Positions 27,938-37,098 of a DNA stretch of 64,000 nucleotides are shown here, one piece after another (the stretch's first letter is position 1; the number at the start of each line of letters is the position of its first letter). The notes under the pieces were generated by a model, which saw only the letters and a program-made list of their open reading frames with translations, was not told the DNA's origin and made no database searches. A program made the position numbers and the translations under genes. Origin of the DNA: Candidatus Poseidonia alphae (GTDB lineage Archaea; Thermoplasmatota; Poseidoniia; Poseidoniales; Poseidoniaceae); the NCBI GenBank assembly GCA_002505405.1, contig DAVD01000037.1, forward strand, positions 146,880 through 210,879. The letters run 5' to 3'.

Positions 27938-29176
27938 TCATTCTATGGTGCCGTAGCCAATCAAACGCCATCGTGAGCCAATGCGTCGTGATAGCGAAAT
28001 ACGCTGTCCCTTATCGGCACAAATTGGAAGTCTTAGGTCCAGGTTTGTTCGAAGTTTCTCCGCATTTCGAGTCACACCGACCGATGTTGCGGTAGCAACG
28101 TTGAGCATCAGCATCTCGTTGTTACGCAACGGTTGAATTTTTTCTGGTGCTTCCCCATCGCCCGCAACCATGTGGGACATCAAATTGACACTGATGCTTA
28201 CCGAAGTGTGAACCTCAGGGAGGTCTCCCTTTCGGGCAACAACTTGACCGGAGAGGTTGTCTGCTGTGGTGATGGACGGGTCGAGAAGTGTTGCCATCCC
28301 ACACAGCCCACCTGCATGCATGGATTCAAGTGACTTTCCACCACCTTGCATGGTGCTCACAATTGCTTCAATGGGTTCCCATGTTGATTTGTTACCGTTC
28401 TCAATTTTCCGTCCAGGTCCGATAATCACTTCGTCCCCTTCCTTAAACTCGCCTTCAACGATACTTCCTCCGATGACGCCGCCACGCAATTTGCCGGGAC
28501 GTGTTCCAGGGCGATTGATGTCAAAAGAGCGCGCTACATGCATAATTGAGCGCTTGTCACTTGAACGGTCAGGGGTTGGGATGGTGGCTTCGATTGCGTC
28601 GATAAGAATGTCAAGATTGACATCGTGGTGAGCAGATACGGGAATCACAGGTGCGGATTCGGCGATGGTACCTTTCAGGAAGGTCATGATCTCTTGATGT
28701 GATTCAAGAGCACGTTCCCGTGATACGAGATCAATTTTATTCTGGACAATCACGATGTTTTCGATTCCAGCGATTTCAAGAGCCATCAGGTGTTCTCGAG
28801 TCTGAGGTTGTGGGCAGGTTTCGTTGGCTGCGACCATGAGCATGGCGCCGTCCATAATGGAAGCGCCCGTAATCATGATGGCCATCAACGTCTCGTGACC
28901 AGGTGCGTCAACAAAGGAAACGACACGTTCCAATTCATCTGCAACGTCTTTCGAACCATCGGGACGCTTTCCAGTGGCGTAATATTGACCGTTGTTGTCT
29001 TTGTAAAACGCAGTATCAGCGTAGCCGAGTTTAATCGAAATACCGCGCTTTCGTTCTTCGGAGTGTGTATCGGTCCAAATCCCAGAAAGGGCTTGTGTTA
29101 GGGTAGTTTTCCCGTGGTCAACGTGGCCGACAAGACCGATGTTGACTTCAGGTTGTGCGGGAAGCTCTCTTGCCAT
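27938..29176 (-). CDS. eif2g: Translation initiation factor aIF2 gamma subunit
   Basis: 412 aa. G1 'GHVDHGKTTL', 'DAPGHE', 'QNKIDL', plus EF-Tu-like domains II/III. Confidence 0.96.
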   Translation of the reverse strand: MARELPAQPEVNIGLVGHVDHGKTTLTQALSGIWTDTHSEERKRGISIKLGYADTAFYKDNNGQYYATGKRPDGSKDVADELERVVSFVDAPGHETLMAIMITGASIMDGAMLMVAANETCPQPQTREHLMALEIAGIENIVIVQNKIDLVSRERALESHQEIMTFLKGTIAESAPVIPVSAHHDVNLDILIDAIEATIPTPDRSSDKRSIMHVARSFDINRPGTRPGKLRGGVIGGSIVEGEFKEGDEVIIGPGRKIENGNKSTWEPIEAIVSTMQGGGKSLESMHAGGLCGMATLLDPSITTADNLSGQVVARKGDLPEVHTSVSISVNLMSHMVAGDGEAPEKIQPLRNNEMLMLNVATATSVGVTRNAEKLRTNLDLRLPICADKGQRISLSRRIGSRWRLIGYGTIE

Positions 29177-29214
29177 GCTTCCTCACCCAGTTGTTACGAC
29201 GTCCCTCTCGGGGT

Positions 29215-29706
29215 TCACTCCGATGCTTCCTCTGCTTCGGTGGAAAGAATTGCGCTGAGCGACTTCTTGCCGGTTTCTACGACCTTTAGGTTGATTTGAC
29301 GGGTGTCTTGGGTAATGGTATTCCCGCGGAAGGTGCGACGTCGGCGTAGTCCATCAGGCTTGTAACGGAATCGCTTCTTGTCGCCGCCCTTCTTCTTGTG
29401 AACGATAACTTGTCCCTTGTAACCGGTGGATTGAGTGACGAGGATCGATTGACGGGACCCGCCTTCCAAATCCTTACGAAGAGGTGTTCCAGTTTTGTCG
29501 GAGCCGCCGGTGATCTCGAGTTTGTAGCCGGAGAGTATTTGTTCGCCTTCTCCAACGAAGATTCCGTCGACAACATCGCCGATTCGCTTTCCTAGGATTT
29601 GTGCGTGGTTGTTGCCTGTAATCTTCAATGAGTACGATTTTCCACCGTTGTCGGGGTTTGTATCATTGACTACTGCGACGAATTCGGATTGGTTTTTGCC
29701 GGACAT
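29215..29706 (-). CDS. rps6e: 30S ribosomal protein S6e
   Basis: 'GYKLEITGGSDKTGTPLRKDLEGGSRQSILV', 'GLRRRRTFRGNTI'. ATG 29706 was chosen because the longer track ORF (to 29811) would overlap orc1. Confidence 0.9.
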   Translation of the reverse strand: MSGKNQSEFVAVVNDTNPDNGGKSYSLKITGNNHAQILGKRIGDVVDGIFVGEGEQILSGYKLEITGGSDKTGTPLRKDLEGGSRQSILVTQSTGYKGQVIVHKKKGGDKKRFRYKPDGLRRRRTFRGNTITQDTRQINLKVVETGKKSLSAILSTEAEEASE

Positions 29707-29779
29707 ACGAGCACCTCTACGAGATGTTCCGACTAACGACCCGTATTTAGCCCCATCGTATGGTGCATTGGCTTCGATT

Positions 29780-30979
29780 TCATCGTAAACGCTTGGGAAG
29801 GAGCAATTCAAGCCGGCTTGCGAGGTCAGCAGGGAGGTAGTGAGGCATGCTCAGATGCGTGGTACGTCCTCGACCACCGGGCACGGTTGCAACGCGGGAT
29901 TCAATGAGTCCAACGCCTTCGATGGTCTTGACATATTTCCACAGCGTGGTGTGACTCTTCGCCTTTTGTTCGTACTCTTCACAGACCACGGCGTAGAGCC
30001 CCTCAACATCACCCATGGTCATGGTCTCTTGCGTCTTCAATCGTCTGCACATGGCCAAGAGCGCAAGCATGACTGAGGGAGGTAGTTCGTCCACCTGCTC
30101 AAGATGAGCGGAGGTGTCCAGCGCTAGATTGTTGTTGAATGCATGGACGTCTTCAATGCTGATTTTACGCTCAGAGTGTTCATCTTGACGGTATTCACAT
30201 CGTTCCACAGCATTGCTAAGGAGCTCGATTACCATTCGGGCATCGCCGCTCGGTGCTGCTTTTTCAGCCAATAAGGTCATGATTGCATCACTCCATGTCC
30301 CCGGTACCAACGCAGCTTCCGCACGTTGCCGGACAATGGCCTTGAGCCCGTCCAGGGTATACGGGGGTATTCGAACATGGTTGGTAATACCAAATTTGGA
30401 GAGGACTGCAGTCTCTAGAACGTCCAATACCTGCTCTTGGCTGATCAATATGAGCGAGAGGGTTCCTGTCCCTTGTTGGTCCTCGTCAATTCTGAGCAGT
30501 TGGTACAGCAATTCATCTCCTGAGCGGCGTAGCATGTGATCTACCTCGTCAAGAACAACCACGAGGTGGGTGGATGAATGACGCAGCATCTTTCTCAAAC
30601 TCAGCAAAAGTTCACCCATCGAGAGGCCACGGTCCGGGTGACCTGGGTCCAACTGGTGGAGGATGCGTTGTGCAACTCGCATGCTCGTTGAAGCATTGCG
30701 ACAGTTGACATGAGCAATTTGGATGTTTCTTTTTCCTGCTAGATGGCGGACTAAATCACGACAGAATGTTTTCGCTAGGACCGTTTTTCCAGAACCGACT
30801 GGGCCGGTAATAACTGCTCTTGATGCGCCTTCTGGGGATGCGATTGCGGTGAATTTCGAGGCGAGTTCTTGTTTGATATCGTCCCGGCCTACCAGCTCTT
30901 CAGGCAAATGGTCGTAATCCAATACGCTGGGGCTTGCGAGAATCGACCCCGCCCCGATTCGGTCAAGATAGCCGCTCAT
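29780..30979 (-). CDS. cdc6: Orc1/Cdc6 replication initiator
   Basis: 399 aa. 'LPEELVGRDDIKQEL', Walker A 'ITGPVGSGKTVLAK', Walker B 'VVVLDEVD', 'PPYTLDGLKAIVRQR', 'SGDARMVIELL', C-terminal winged helix. Confidence 0.93.
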   Translation of the reverse strand: MSGYLDRIGAGSILASPSVLDYDHLPEELVGRDDIKQELASKFTAIASPEGASRAVITGPVGSGKTVLAKTFCRDLVRHLAGKRNIQIAHVNCRNASTSMRVAQRILHQLDPGHPDRGLSMGELLLSLRKMLRHSSTHLVVVLDEVDHMLRRSGDELLYQLLRIDEDQQGTGTLSLILISQEQVLDVLETAVLSKFGITNHVRIPPYTLDGLKAIVRQRAEAALVPGTWSDAIMTLLAEKAAPSGDARMVIELLSNAVERCEYRQDEHSERKISIEDVHAFNNNLALDTSAHLEQVDELPPSVMLALLAMCRRLKTQETMTMGDVEGLYAVVCEEYEQKAKSHTTLWKYVKTIEGVGLIESRVATVPGGRGRTTHLSMPHYLPADLASRLELLLPKRLR

Positions 30980-31070
30980 AACATGGGAATGCTCTTGTCA
31001 ACCGTTCTAAAAGATGTGGTTCTGTTCAGCCTCTGAGCGAGGGAATTCAGAAGGTTTTATCCGCTTCGTA

Positions 31071-32180
31071 TCAAGGGATTTCATCGAATTGGTAGCCGAG
31101 CTCCCATTTCTTTTCTCCAAGAGCAACTTCCATCTCAAAAGGCGTGATCAATGGTTTACGGTACTTCACAGCATCATCAATGGCGATTCGTGGGCACGCT
31201 GTATTCACAAATGCATCGACCGGGTAGAAATCAATCAATTCCGGGCCAACATGTTCCAAGGCGAGCAGGTATCCTTTCTTTCCGTGCTTTGCAAGCATTC
31301 GCTTCATGCGTAGTGCGAGTGTGCGTCGCATTTGACCTGGTTTTTCTCCAATGAGAATTCCGAAAGTTTGTGCTTCTTGCACGCTCATGATTAGGCCGAA
31401 GCGTTGGCGAAGAATTCGTTCGATGCGTTGGAGTGACATCTCTTCTGCATCACCGGTGTACGGGTCAAGCATAGCAAGGGGCTTGCCGGTGTGAAGAACG
31501 AGTCCAATCGGGTGGAAATCTCCGCTTCCGAGAAACAAATAATGGCCGATGCTCGGGTCATCACCGGAATAATTGCAACCGAGGACTTGGCCGGGGAACG
31601 AAAGACGGGCGCCACCGATGGGAATGGTGACGTCAAAACCAGCCTTTTCGAGGCGGTCGTGGTATTCCGGTAAGAGGTGAAGGTGTTGGATGGACCCAAC
31701 AAGGCCCAGTTTGGTACCGGTTAGGGGCGCCATGCGTCCGACTGCATCCATGAAGCGCTCTTGTGCTTCTTCTTCGCTAAGGCCTTCCGTGTTGGATTGC
31801 TGAGTCATGCGTTCTTGGGCCATGGCGCGATGTTGATTGAGCCACGGGAGGACTGGAGACAGTTCGGGGTCGCCGTCGTAGGTGACGTTGATGAACTGTG
31901 TTGGCATTCCCGAGTCGATGTTCATCTGAGAATGCCCCATGTGCGCAACCAATTCAACTCCCATCAGTTGCATCTTGTCGTGGACGAGGTCACAGGCGCC
32001 GTAGCAAGGATCTGCTGCGAGTACGACTTGAGCGCTGGTTTCGGTTTCAATGGTATCCATCATTTCGAGGGCTTGCATCTTGAGTCCTTCCGGTACTTGG
32101 AGTGCAATTAAGCGATTGTCATTGGTGCGGATGCGCTCCATGAGTTCATCCAATTCAAAGTCGTGGCGGTCTAGGTCCAT
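31071..32180 (-). CDS. dph2: Diphthamide biosynthesis enzyme Dph2 (2-(3-amino-3-carboxypropyl)histidine synthase)
   Basis: 369 aa. 'RLIALQVPEGLK', 'VLAADPCYGACDL', 'NTACPRIAIDD' three-Cys radical-SAM-type Dph2 pattern. Confidence 0.88.
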   Translation of the reverse strand: MDLDRHDFELDELMERIRTNDNRLIALQVPEGLKMQALEMMDTIETETSAQVVLAADPCYGACDLVHDKMQLMGVELVAHMGHSQMNIDSGMPTQFINVTYDGDPELSPVLPWLNQHRAMAQERMTQQSNTEGLSEEEAQERFMDAVGRMAPLTGTKLGLVGSIQHLHLLPEYHDRLEKAGFDVTIPIGGARLSFPGQVLGCNYSGDDPSIGHYLFLGSGDFHPIGLVLHTGKPLAMLDPYTGDAEEMSLQRIERILRQRFGLIMSVQEAQTFGILIGEKPGQMRRTLALRMKRMLAKHGKKGYLLALEHVGPELIDFYPVDAFVNTACPRIAIDDAVKYRKPLITPFEMEVALGEKKWELGYQFDEIP

Positions 32181-32234
32181 GTGGCTCCCTAACCTAGCGG
32201 CGATGCCGCTCCCTCATCAATGCACCCATCAAAA

Positions 32235-32816
32235 TCAAACTTCTTCGTCCAAGAGAACGATGGTTTCTCCATCCATACGAAGACGGACCAAAGATTGAAT
32301 CGAAATATCAGGATAAAGGCCCCGTAGGCGGTTTAAACCGTCGCCTTTCTCCACAACAGCGACAATATGAGTTACCTTTGCTCCTGCCCTAAGTACGCCT
32401 TCAATGACAGCTTCCAATGTTCCACCCGTAGAGAGAACATCATCAATGATGGCGATGCGTTCGCCCTTCTTGATGTCGTTAAGGAACATGGCGCCCTTGG
32501 AATAACCAGTGGATTGGTCGATCTTAACCTCTCCTTCCAAACCATAGGTGCGTTTTCTTGCGATGACAAGCGGAATTCCCGTTGACATGCTTAGGGGAGC
32601 GGTAAGGGGGAGGCCCATTGCTTCAATTCCCAAAAGAAGATCAACATTGCTCCAATCAATGCGTTCTCGTGAAAGGTCTGTAATTGCCTGTAGGATGTCC
32701 GGGGACATGCGTGGGACTCCGTCAGTAATCGGATGAATGAAGTAAGGATAATCCCCTTTCCAAATGATGGGGGCTTTCGCTAAACTCTCTCGCAAGCGTT
32801 GCATTGGCTCGTCCAT
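32235..32816 (-). CDS. hpt: Archaeal hypoxanthine/guanine phosphoribosyltransferase
   Basis: 'YPYFIHPITDGVPRMSPDIL' archaeal Hpt N-terminus and PRPP motif 'IAIIDDVLSTGGTL'. ATG 32816 was chosen over the longer track ORF. Confidence 0.8.
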   Translation of the reverse strand: MDEPMQRLRESLAKAPIIWKGDYPYFIHPITDGVPRMSPDILQAITDLSRERIDWSNVDLLLGIEAMGLPLTAPLSMSTGIPLVIARKRTYGLEGEVKIDQSTGYSKGAMFLNDIKKGERIAIIDDVLSTGGTLEAVIEGVLRAGAKVTHIVAVVEKGDGLNRLRGLYPDISIQSLVRLRMDGETIVLLDEEV

Positions 32817-32892
32817 GACAGCACGAAGTGTTGTCTGTTTATCATCCTTCAGCGGCGAATCGGCGCTGGAAGGTAATGTTCCAGGGTGATGC

Positions 32893-33318
32893 TCAAAGTT
32901 CGGCGAGGTACTCGACGTACTCGTCGGGTTCCAACAGGTTTTCCAGAATTTGCTTATCATCTGGATTCATTTTGAGTTCGTGGGGTTCGAGTAGAATGAC
33001 CCATCCGTGGTCGTAAGCGGAGTCGTTGACCAAATCAGGGCTGATCTCAACTTCACCGTTAACATCAGAGATGATTCCTGCAAAAGGCGAAGTGAGCGAA
33101 ATTTTCTCGTCAGCAGTCCATAGCGAGAACATGCTTCCGCCTTCGTCAATCTCTGTTTCAGCCTGTGGTAGAATCACTCGGAGTACATCGCCGATTTCGA
33201 CTTTCATGTACTCACTGACTCCAATCATCAGCTTCTGGTCTTTTTGTTGGTACCACAGATGGTCCAACGAATATTTCCGGTTGTGTGCAATAGCAAATTC
33301 CACGATTTCTTCATCCAT
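32893..33318 (-). CDS. Glycine-cleavage H (GcvH)-like protein lacking the canonical lipoyl-lysine
   Basis: 141 aa. 'KYSLDHLWY', 'IGVSEYMKVEIGDVLRVILP', 'SPFAGIISDVNGEVEISPDLVNDSAYDHGWVILLE' align without gaps to GcvH. The ESVK lysine position reads WTAD. Confidence 0.7.
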   Translation of the reverse strand: MDEEIVEFAIAHNRKYSLDHLWYQQKDQKLMIGVSEYMKVEIGDVLRVILPQAETEIDEGGSMFSLWTADEKISLTSPFAGIISDVNGEVEISPDLVNDSAYDHGWVILLEPHELKMNPDDKQILENLLEPDEYVEYLAEL

Positions 33319-33380
33319 GGTTTTCCCTCTACGCCTCGGCTCACGCGGGTGGTATATGAAGGGTGAGGGGGATTGTGGCG

Positions 33381-33396
33381 ATAAAAATAAAACAAA
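33381..33396. promoter_or_regulatory. A/T-rich TATA-like element in a divergent intergenic region
   Basis: ATAAAAATAAAACAAA lies 43-58 nt upstream of the acyl-CoA dehydrogenase ATG (33439) and ~65-80 nt from the divergent gcvH-like start. It is the only strongly A/T-rich stretch in this gap. Confidence 0.3.
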
Positions 33397-33438
33397 CGGG
33401 TTAAGAAACTCGGCATCTTGGCTTGGGTTGGTGGCCCA

Positions 33439-34608
33439 ATGAACTTTCAAGAAACCGACGAGCAACAGATGATTCGTGAAATGGTCCGTGACTTCGCCGA
33501 AACAGTGCTTGCTCCCACGGTAGAGCACCGAGATAAGCATCAGATCCCCCCCTCCGAGGCCTGGGAATCGTTTGTGGAATTCGGCCTCCAAAGCATCACG
33601 ATCCCCGAAGAATACGGCGGCTCTCCCGTTGATGACGTCTCTGAAGCCATCATCATCGAAGAACTCGCCCGCGTTGACCCCTCATTTGCTGTGATGTACT
33701 GTGTTCATGTCGGCCTGTGCTCAATGACCATCGCCCTTCATGGTGATGAATCTCAAAAGAAAGCGTACCTTCCAAGGCTTGCTGCCGGTGAAGTGGGGGC
33801 TTACTCGCTCTCTGAATCAGGTGCTGGAACGGATGCGGCGGCCATGGTGTGCAAAGCAAAACTCTCCGAAGATGGAACTCATTATGTTCTCAACGGCGAA
33901 AAAATGTGGGTCACAAACGGGGCTCAAGCGAAAATCATCGTTCTCTTCGCCAAGGATGTTGACCACCCTGATTACGGCGTGAAGAAGCACGGGGGTACAA
34001 CGGCCTTCATCATGGAATCAAGTTTCGAAGGATACTCGGTCGGTAAGAAGGAAGACAAACTGGGCATCCGCTCGTCGGATACTTGCACGCTGGTTCTCAA
34101 CGATTGTAAAGTACCGGTGGAAAACGTATTGAAAGGCGTAGGAAACGGTTTCCCTATCGCCATGAACGCGCTTGATAACAGTCGAATTGGTATCGCTGCT
34201 CAGGCTCTGGGCATCGCTCAAGGCGCCTATGAAGCCGCTCTCAAATACGCCCACGAACGTGAAGCCTTTGGGAAGCCAATCGCTCATCACCAAATGATCA
34301 TGGCTTACCTTGCAGACATGGCAACTCAAATCGATGCCGCTCGCTTGATGGTGTACAAAGCAGCATGGACCAAAGAACAACACTATCATGCAAACGGCCC
34401 ACGCCATTCCAAGGAAGCTAGCATGGCGAAATTATTCGCAGGCGATACAGCAATGTGGGTTTCGGAACGCGCGATTCAAGTGCTCGGCGGCTACGGTTAT
34501 ACCAAAGAATTCCCAGTGGAGCGTTTCTTCCGCGATGCAAAGATTACTCAAATCTATGAGGGGACTCAGGAAGTCCAACGCATCGTGATTTCACGAGCAT
34601 TGAAGTGA
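33439..34608 (+). CDS. Acyl-CoA dehydrogenase (short/medium-chain type)
   Basis: 389 aa. 'YGGSPVD', 'AYSLSESGAGTDAAAM', 'GEKMWVTNG', 'RIGIAAQALGIAQGA', 'YEGTQEVQRIVISRAL'. Confidence 0.92.
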   Translation: MNFQETDEQQMIREMVRDFAETVLAPTVEHRDKHQIPPSEAWESFVEFGLQSITIPEEYGGSPVDDVSEAIIIEELARVDPSFAVMYCVHVGLCSMTIALHGDESQKKAYLPRLAAGEVGAYSLSESGAGTDAAAMVCKAKLSEDGTHYVLNGEKMWVTNGAQAKIIVLFAKDVDHPDYGVKKHGGTTAFIMESSFEGYSVGKKEDKLGIRSSDTCTLVLNDCKVPVENVLKGVGNGFPIAMNALDNSRIGIAAQALGIAQGAYEAALKYAHEREAFGKPIAHHQMIMAYLADMATQIDAARLMVYKAAWTKEQHYHANGPRHSKEASMAKLFAGDTAMWVSERAIQVLGGYGYTKEFPVERFFRDAKITQIYEGTQEVQRIVISRALK

Positions 34609-34609
34609 A

Positions 34610-35671
34610 TCAAACTTCCTTGCAAATCAGTTCACGAACGGCTACGGACCACATGACGGGTTGAACGGTTAGTGCGACGTATTGGCCCTCTTCGAACAAT
34701 GGTTCCTCTCTCCGCTTCATCATCACTTGAACCGTTGTTCCATCAGTTGAGATACAACGAGCAGTATCTCCTCCTCGGCACTCACCTTCGCCAAGTAAGG
34801 TTCTGCTGACTTTAGTCACCATCCCGCTAAGCGTGTAGGCCGGTGCGGTTTCAAGAATTTTCATTGCATCGCTTCTTAATCGGGTTTGCTCAACCGTAGA
34901 AATAAGGTCGGACAACTGCCCTGATGCCGTTACCACTGGGGTCTCTTCTGCAAGCGGTTGAGATTCCTCGACGACGTCATCATCTTCGGGCCATTCCTCT
35001 TCCAAAGGTGCTTCTACTGTGACCTCGATGGTGTCAAGGTGTTTTCCAAGAACCGAAAGACTGACCTTGTAAACACTCGCTTCATCAGGCTCCAGAATAA
35101 AATGGTCCAAATTGGGATGGTCCATTTCTTTTGAAGTGGTAGTGAATGTTTCAGGAGTCGTTACTCCATCTTGCAGAATGGTGATGGTATACGATTCAAC
35201 TTCAGCTGTGAATTTTGCCGTGAAATTAATGGGTTGTTCGACCAGATAAATCGTTCGTTCGCTGGTCAGCGTTCCAGCAAGTGGGATGTCCAACTCAAAC
35301 ATGGAATCAGGAATCTCAAGTCCATTTGCCGCAAGGAATGCCATCCAATCGGCAACGGGTATTCCTGCGGACGGGTCTGCATCAACGAATGAGAACATCA
35401 GTTCTACAACCCATTCAGGTGGGCGTTCTCCAGTCATTTTTGACAGTATATCTGAAAATTCATCACCGGAAATGATGCCGTTTTGGTCTTTGTCAAGTTC
35501 TTGAGTGAGGCTGAGAGCAGACATGGAGGACCCATTGAGCCACGTATTGAAGTTTTGATTGAGCAAGCGCGCCATCCTATTTTGTCCGCTGATGCTCTCT
35601 ATTCGTTGCTTTAGCGCCACGACTTGACCATCAAATGTTGGGCGGGGCGGAAGCAATATTTTCTCTGCCAT
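34610..35671 (-). CDS. EF-hand-containing protein, function unknown
   Basis: 353 aa, with a canonical 12-residue loop 'DKDQNGIISGDE' followed by a degenerate partner 'DADPSAGIPVAD'. The acidic middle and C-terminal domains are unrecognised. Confidence 0.55.
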   Translation of the reverse strand: MAEKILLPPRPTFDGQVVALKQRIESISGQNRMARLLNQNFNTWLNGSSMSALSLTQELDKDQNGIISGDEFSDILSKMTGERPPEWVVELMFSFVDADPSAGIPVADWMAFLAANGLEIPDSMFELDIPLAGTLTSERTIYLVEQPINFTAKFTAEVESYTITILQDGVTTPETFTTTSKEMDHPNLDHFILEPDEASVYKVSLSVLGKHLDTIEVTVEAPLEEEWPEDDDVVEESQPLAEETPVVTASGQLSDLISTVEQTRLRSDAMKILETAPAYTLSGMVTKVSRTLLGEGECRGGDTARCISTDGTTVQVMMKRREEPLFEEGQYVALTVQPVMWSVAVRELICKEV

Positions 35672-35720
35672 GTTATGAATGCAGAAGCATCTCTACCATC
35701 AATGTGATGCCGCGTCGGGT

Positions 35721-37082
35721 TCAAGGGAATTGAAGTTGAGGCCAATCCAATGGCTCACTATGCTGCCATGCAATGCGAGAAAGGTGGAGTTCAATTGCGT
35801 TCACTTCGGTGATATCGTGCTCAATTTGAATTCGGTGAAGCCAGCGCTTCAGTCGGCCCAAGCGGACTCCCTGCTCAACTCCAGTACGCTTCATGATCCA
35901 ATGGCCATCAACAAGAGATTCACTGGGGGCTTTCTGCGACCCAAGTGAGGACCATTTCACTGCTACTTCGGTCATGCTTCCTTCCAACGGTTCACGGCCG
36001 TGAACCGAGGCTGAGATATCCAGTAAAAGGTGTTGCAACCGAAGGTGAATGTTCGCATCTTCGCCCAGGCAGTAGCGGAAGACTCGCAGTGAAGATGTTC
36101 GTGGTTCTGGGATGGTTCCAAGGTTTCGATGGAATTGAACCGTTTCATTGAGAAGTGATTTTGGAAGATTAAGAGTGCCGAGCGACTTTTTTACCTCAGA
36201 TGGACTAAATTCTGCCAGGAGGAACCCCAAACGATGCTTTAGCAACCATGATTCGTTGAGGTGTTCCCCGAAAAGATCCAACAGGCTCGGCCGCACAAAA
36301 CGGAGAGACGGAAGGATGTGTTGTATTGTTCCATCATGAATCATCAGATTGAGGACTTCTGCGGCATGCCTACCGTTCAAAATTTTCCGAAACTCCGTCC
36401 ATTTGCGTTCAATGGCTACTTTGGCGAGAATTGGTTGCTTCGATTGCATGGCTTGATGAAGCGTCGCTTCGAGGTGCCAGAGTCCCAATTGCCCTCGGTC
36501 AAGAAATCGGTATGCTCGAAAAATACGAAGCCCGTCTTCATCACAACGTTGCATAGGGTCGCCAACTGCACGAACAAGGTGCCCCCTCATGTCCTTCATG
36601 CCGTTGAAAGGGTCGTAGAGTATTCTTCTGGCCACGTCCACAGCCATTGCGTTAAACGTGAAATCACGCCGGCTTAGGTCTTCTTTGAGGGATGTTCCCC
36701 AAGTGACTTGGTCAGGTCTGCGGCCGTCTCTGTACATGCCCTCACTTCTCAAGGTTGTCAATTCATAATGTTGGCCTGCACCCTTGACTGTCACCGTTCC
36801 AAAATCAATACCGGTGGGGATCGCCTGTCCTCCAAAGAGCTTCATGGCCTCCTCCGGAGTGCAGGTTGAACACAGATCAATATCTCCACTAGGTACGCCG
36901 AGCAGAGCATCTCTTACACAGCCACCTACCGCCCATGCCCCATGGCCGGCTTCAGCAATTTGATTGAGGATGTCAACGAGGTCATCCGGGAGCATCTCAA
37001 TCCAACGATTGAGCGGCTCTGGGCAGGAGACGCCCGCAAGGGCGGCCTCTCTTCCAAAATCCAGTTCCCGCTTCATGTTCAT
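35721..37082 (-). CDS. Class II (bacterial/eukaryotic-type) tRNA nucleotidyltransferase / poly(A) polymerase family protein
   Basis: 453 aa. 'AVGGCVRDALLGVPSGDIDL' (GGxVRD...DxD) and 'EDLSRRDFTFNAMA' motifs. No HD domain seen. Confidence 0.8.
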   Translation of the reverse strand: MNMKRELDFGREAALAGVSCPEPLNRWIEMLPDDLVDILNQIAEAGHGAWAVGGCVRDALLGVPSGDIDLCSTCTPEEAMKLFGGQAIPTGIDFGTVTVKGAGQHYELTTLRSEGMYRDGRRPDQVTWGTSLKEDLSRRDFTFNAMAVDVARRILYDPFNGMKDMRGHLVRAVGDPMQRCDEDGLRIFRAYRFLDRGQLGLWHLEATLHQAMQSKQPILAKVAIERKWTEFRKILNGRHAAEVLNLMIHDGTIQHILPSLRFVRPSLLDLFGEHLNESWLLKHRLGFLLAEFSPSEVKKSLGTLNLPKSLLNETVQFHRNLGTIPEPRTSSLRVFRYCLGEDANIHLRLQHLLLDISASVHGREPLEGSMTEVAVKWSSLGSQKAPSESLVDGHWIMKRTGVEQGVRLGRLKRWLHRIQIEHDITEVNAIELHLSRIAWQHSEPLDWPQLQFP

Positions 37083-37098
37083 GGGTGCTCAATTGAAC

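Noticed and set aside
29707-29811. N-terminal extensions of track ORFs (rps6e to 29811; hpt to 32960; gcvH-like to 33591; atpE from 5051; atpC from 5656)
   Set aside because: The extensions overlap neighbouring genes, lack homology to the family N-termini, and internal ATGs give the expected protein lengths.
30980-31070. Possible replication origin immediately upstream of orc1/cdc6
   Set aside because: The gap is only 91 bp and is not notably A/T-rich. I found no dyad or ORB-like repeats beyond a trivial GTTCT duplication.
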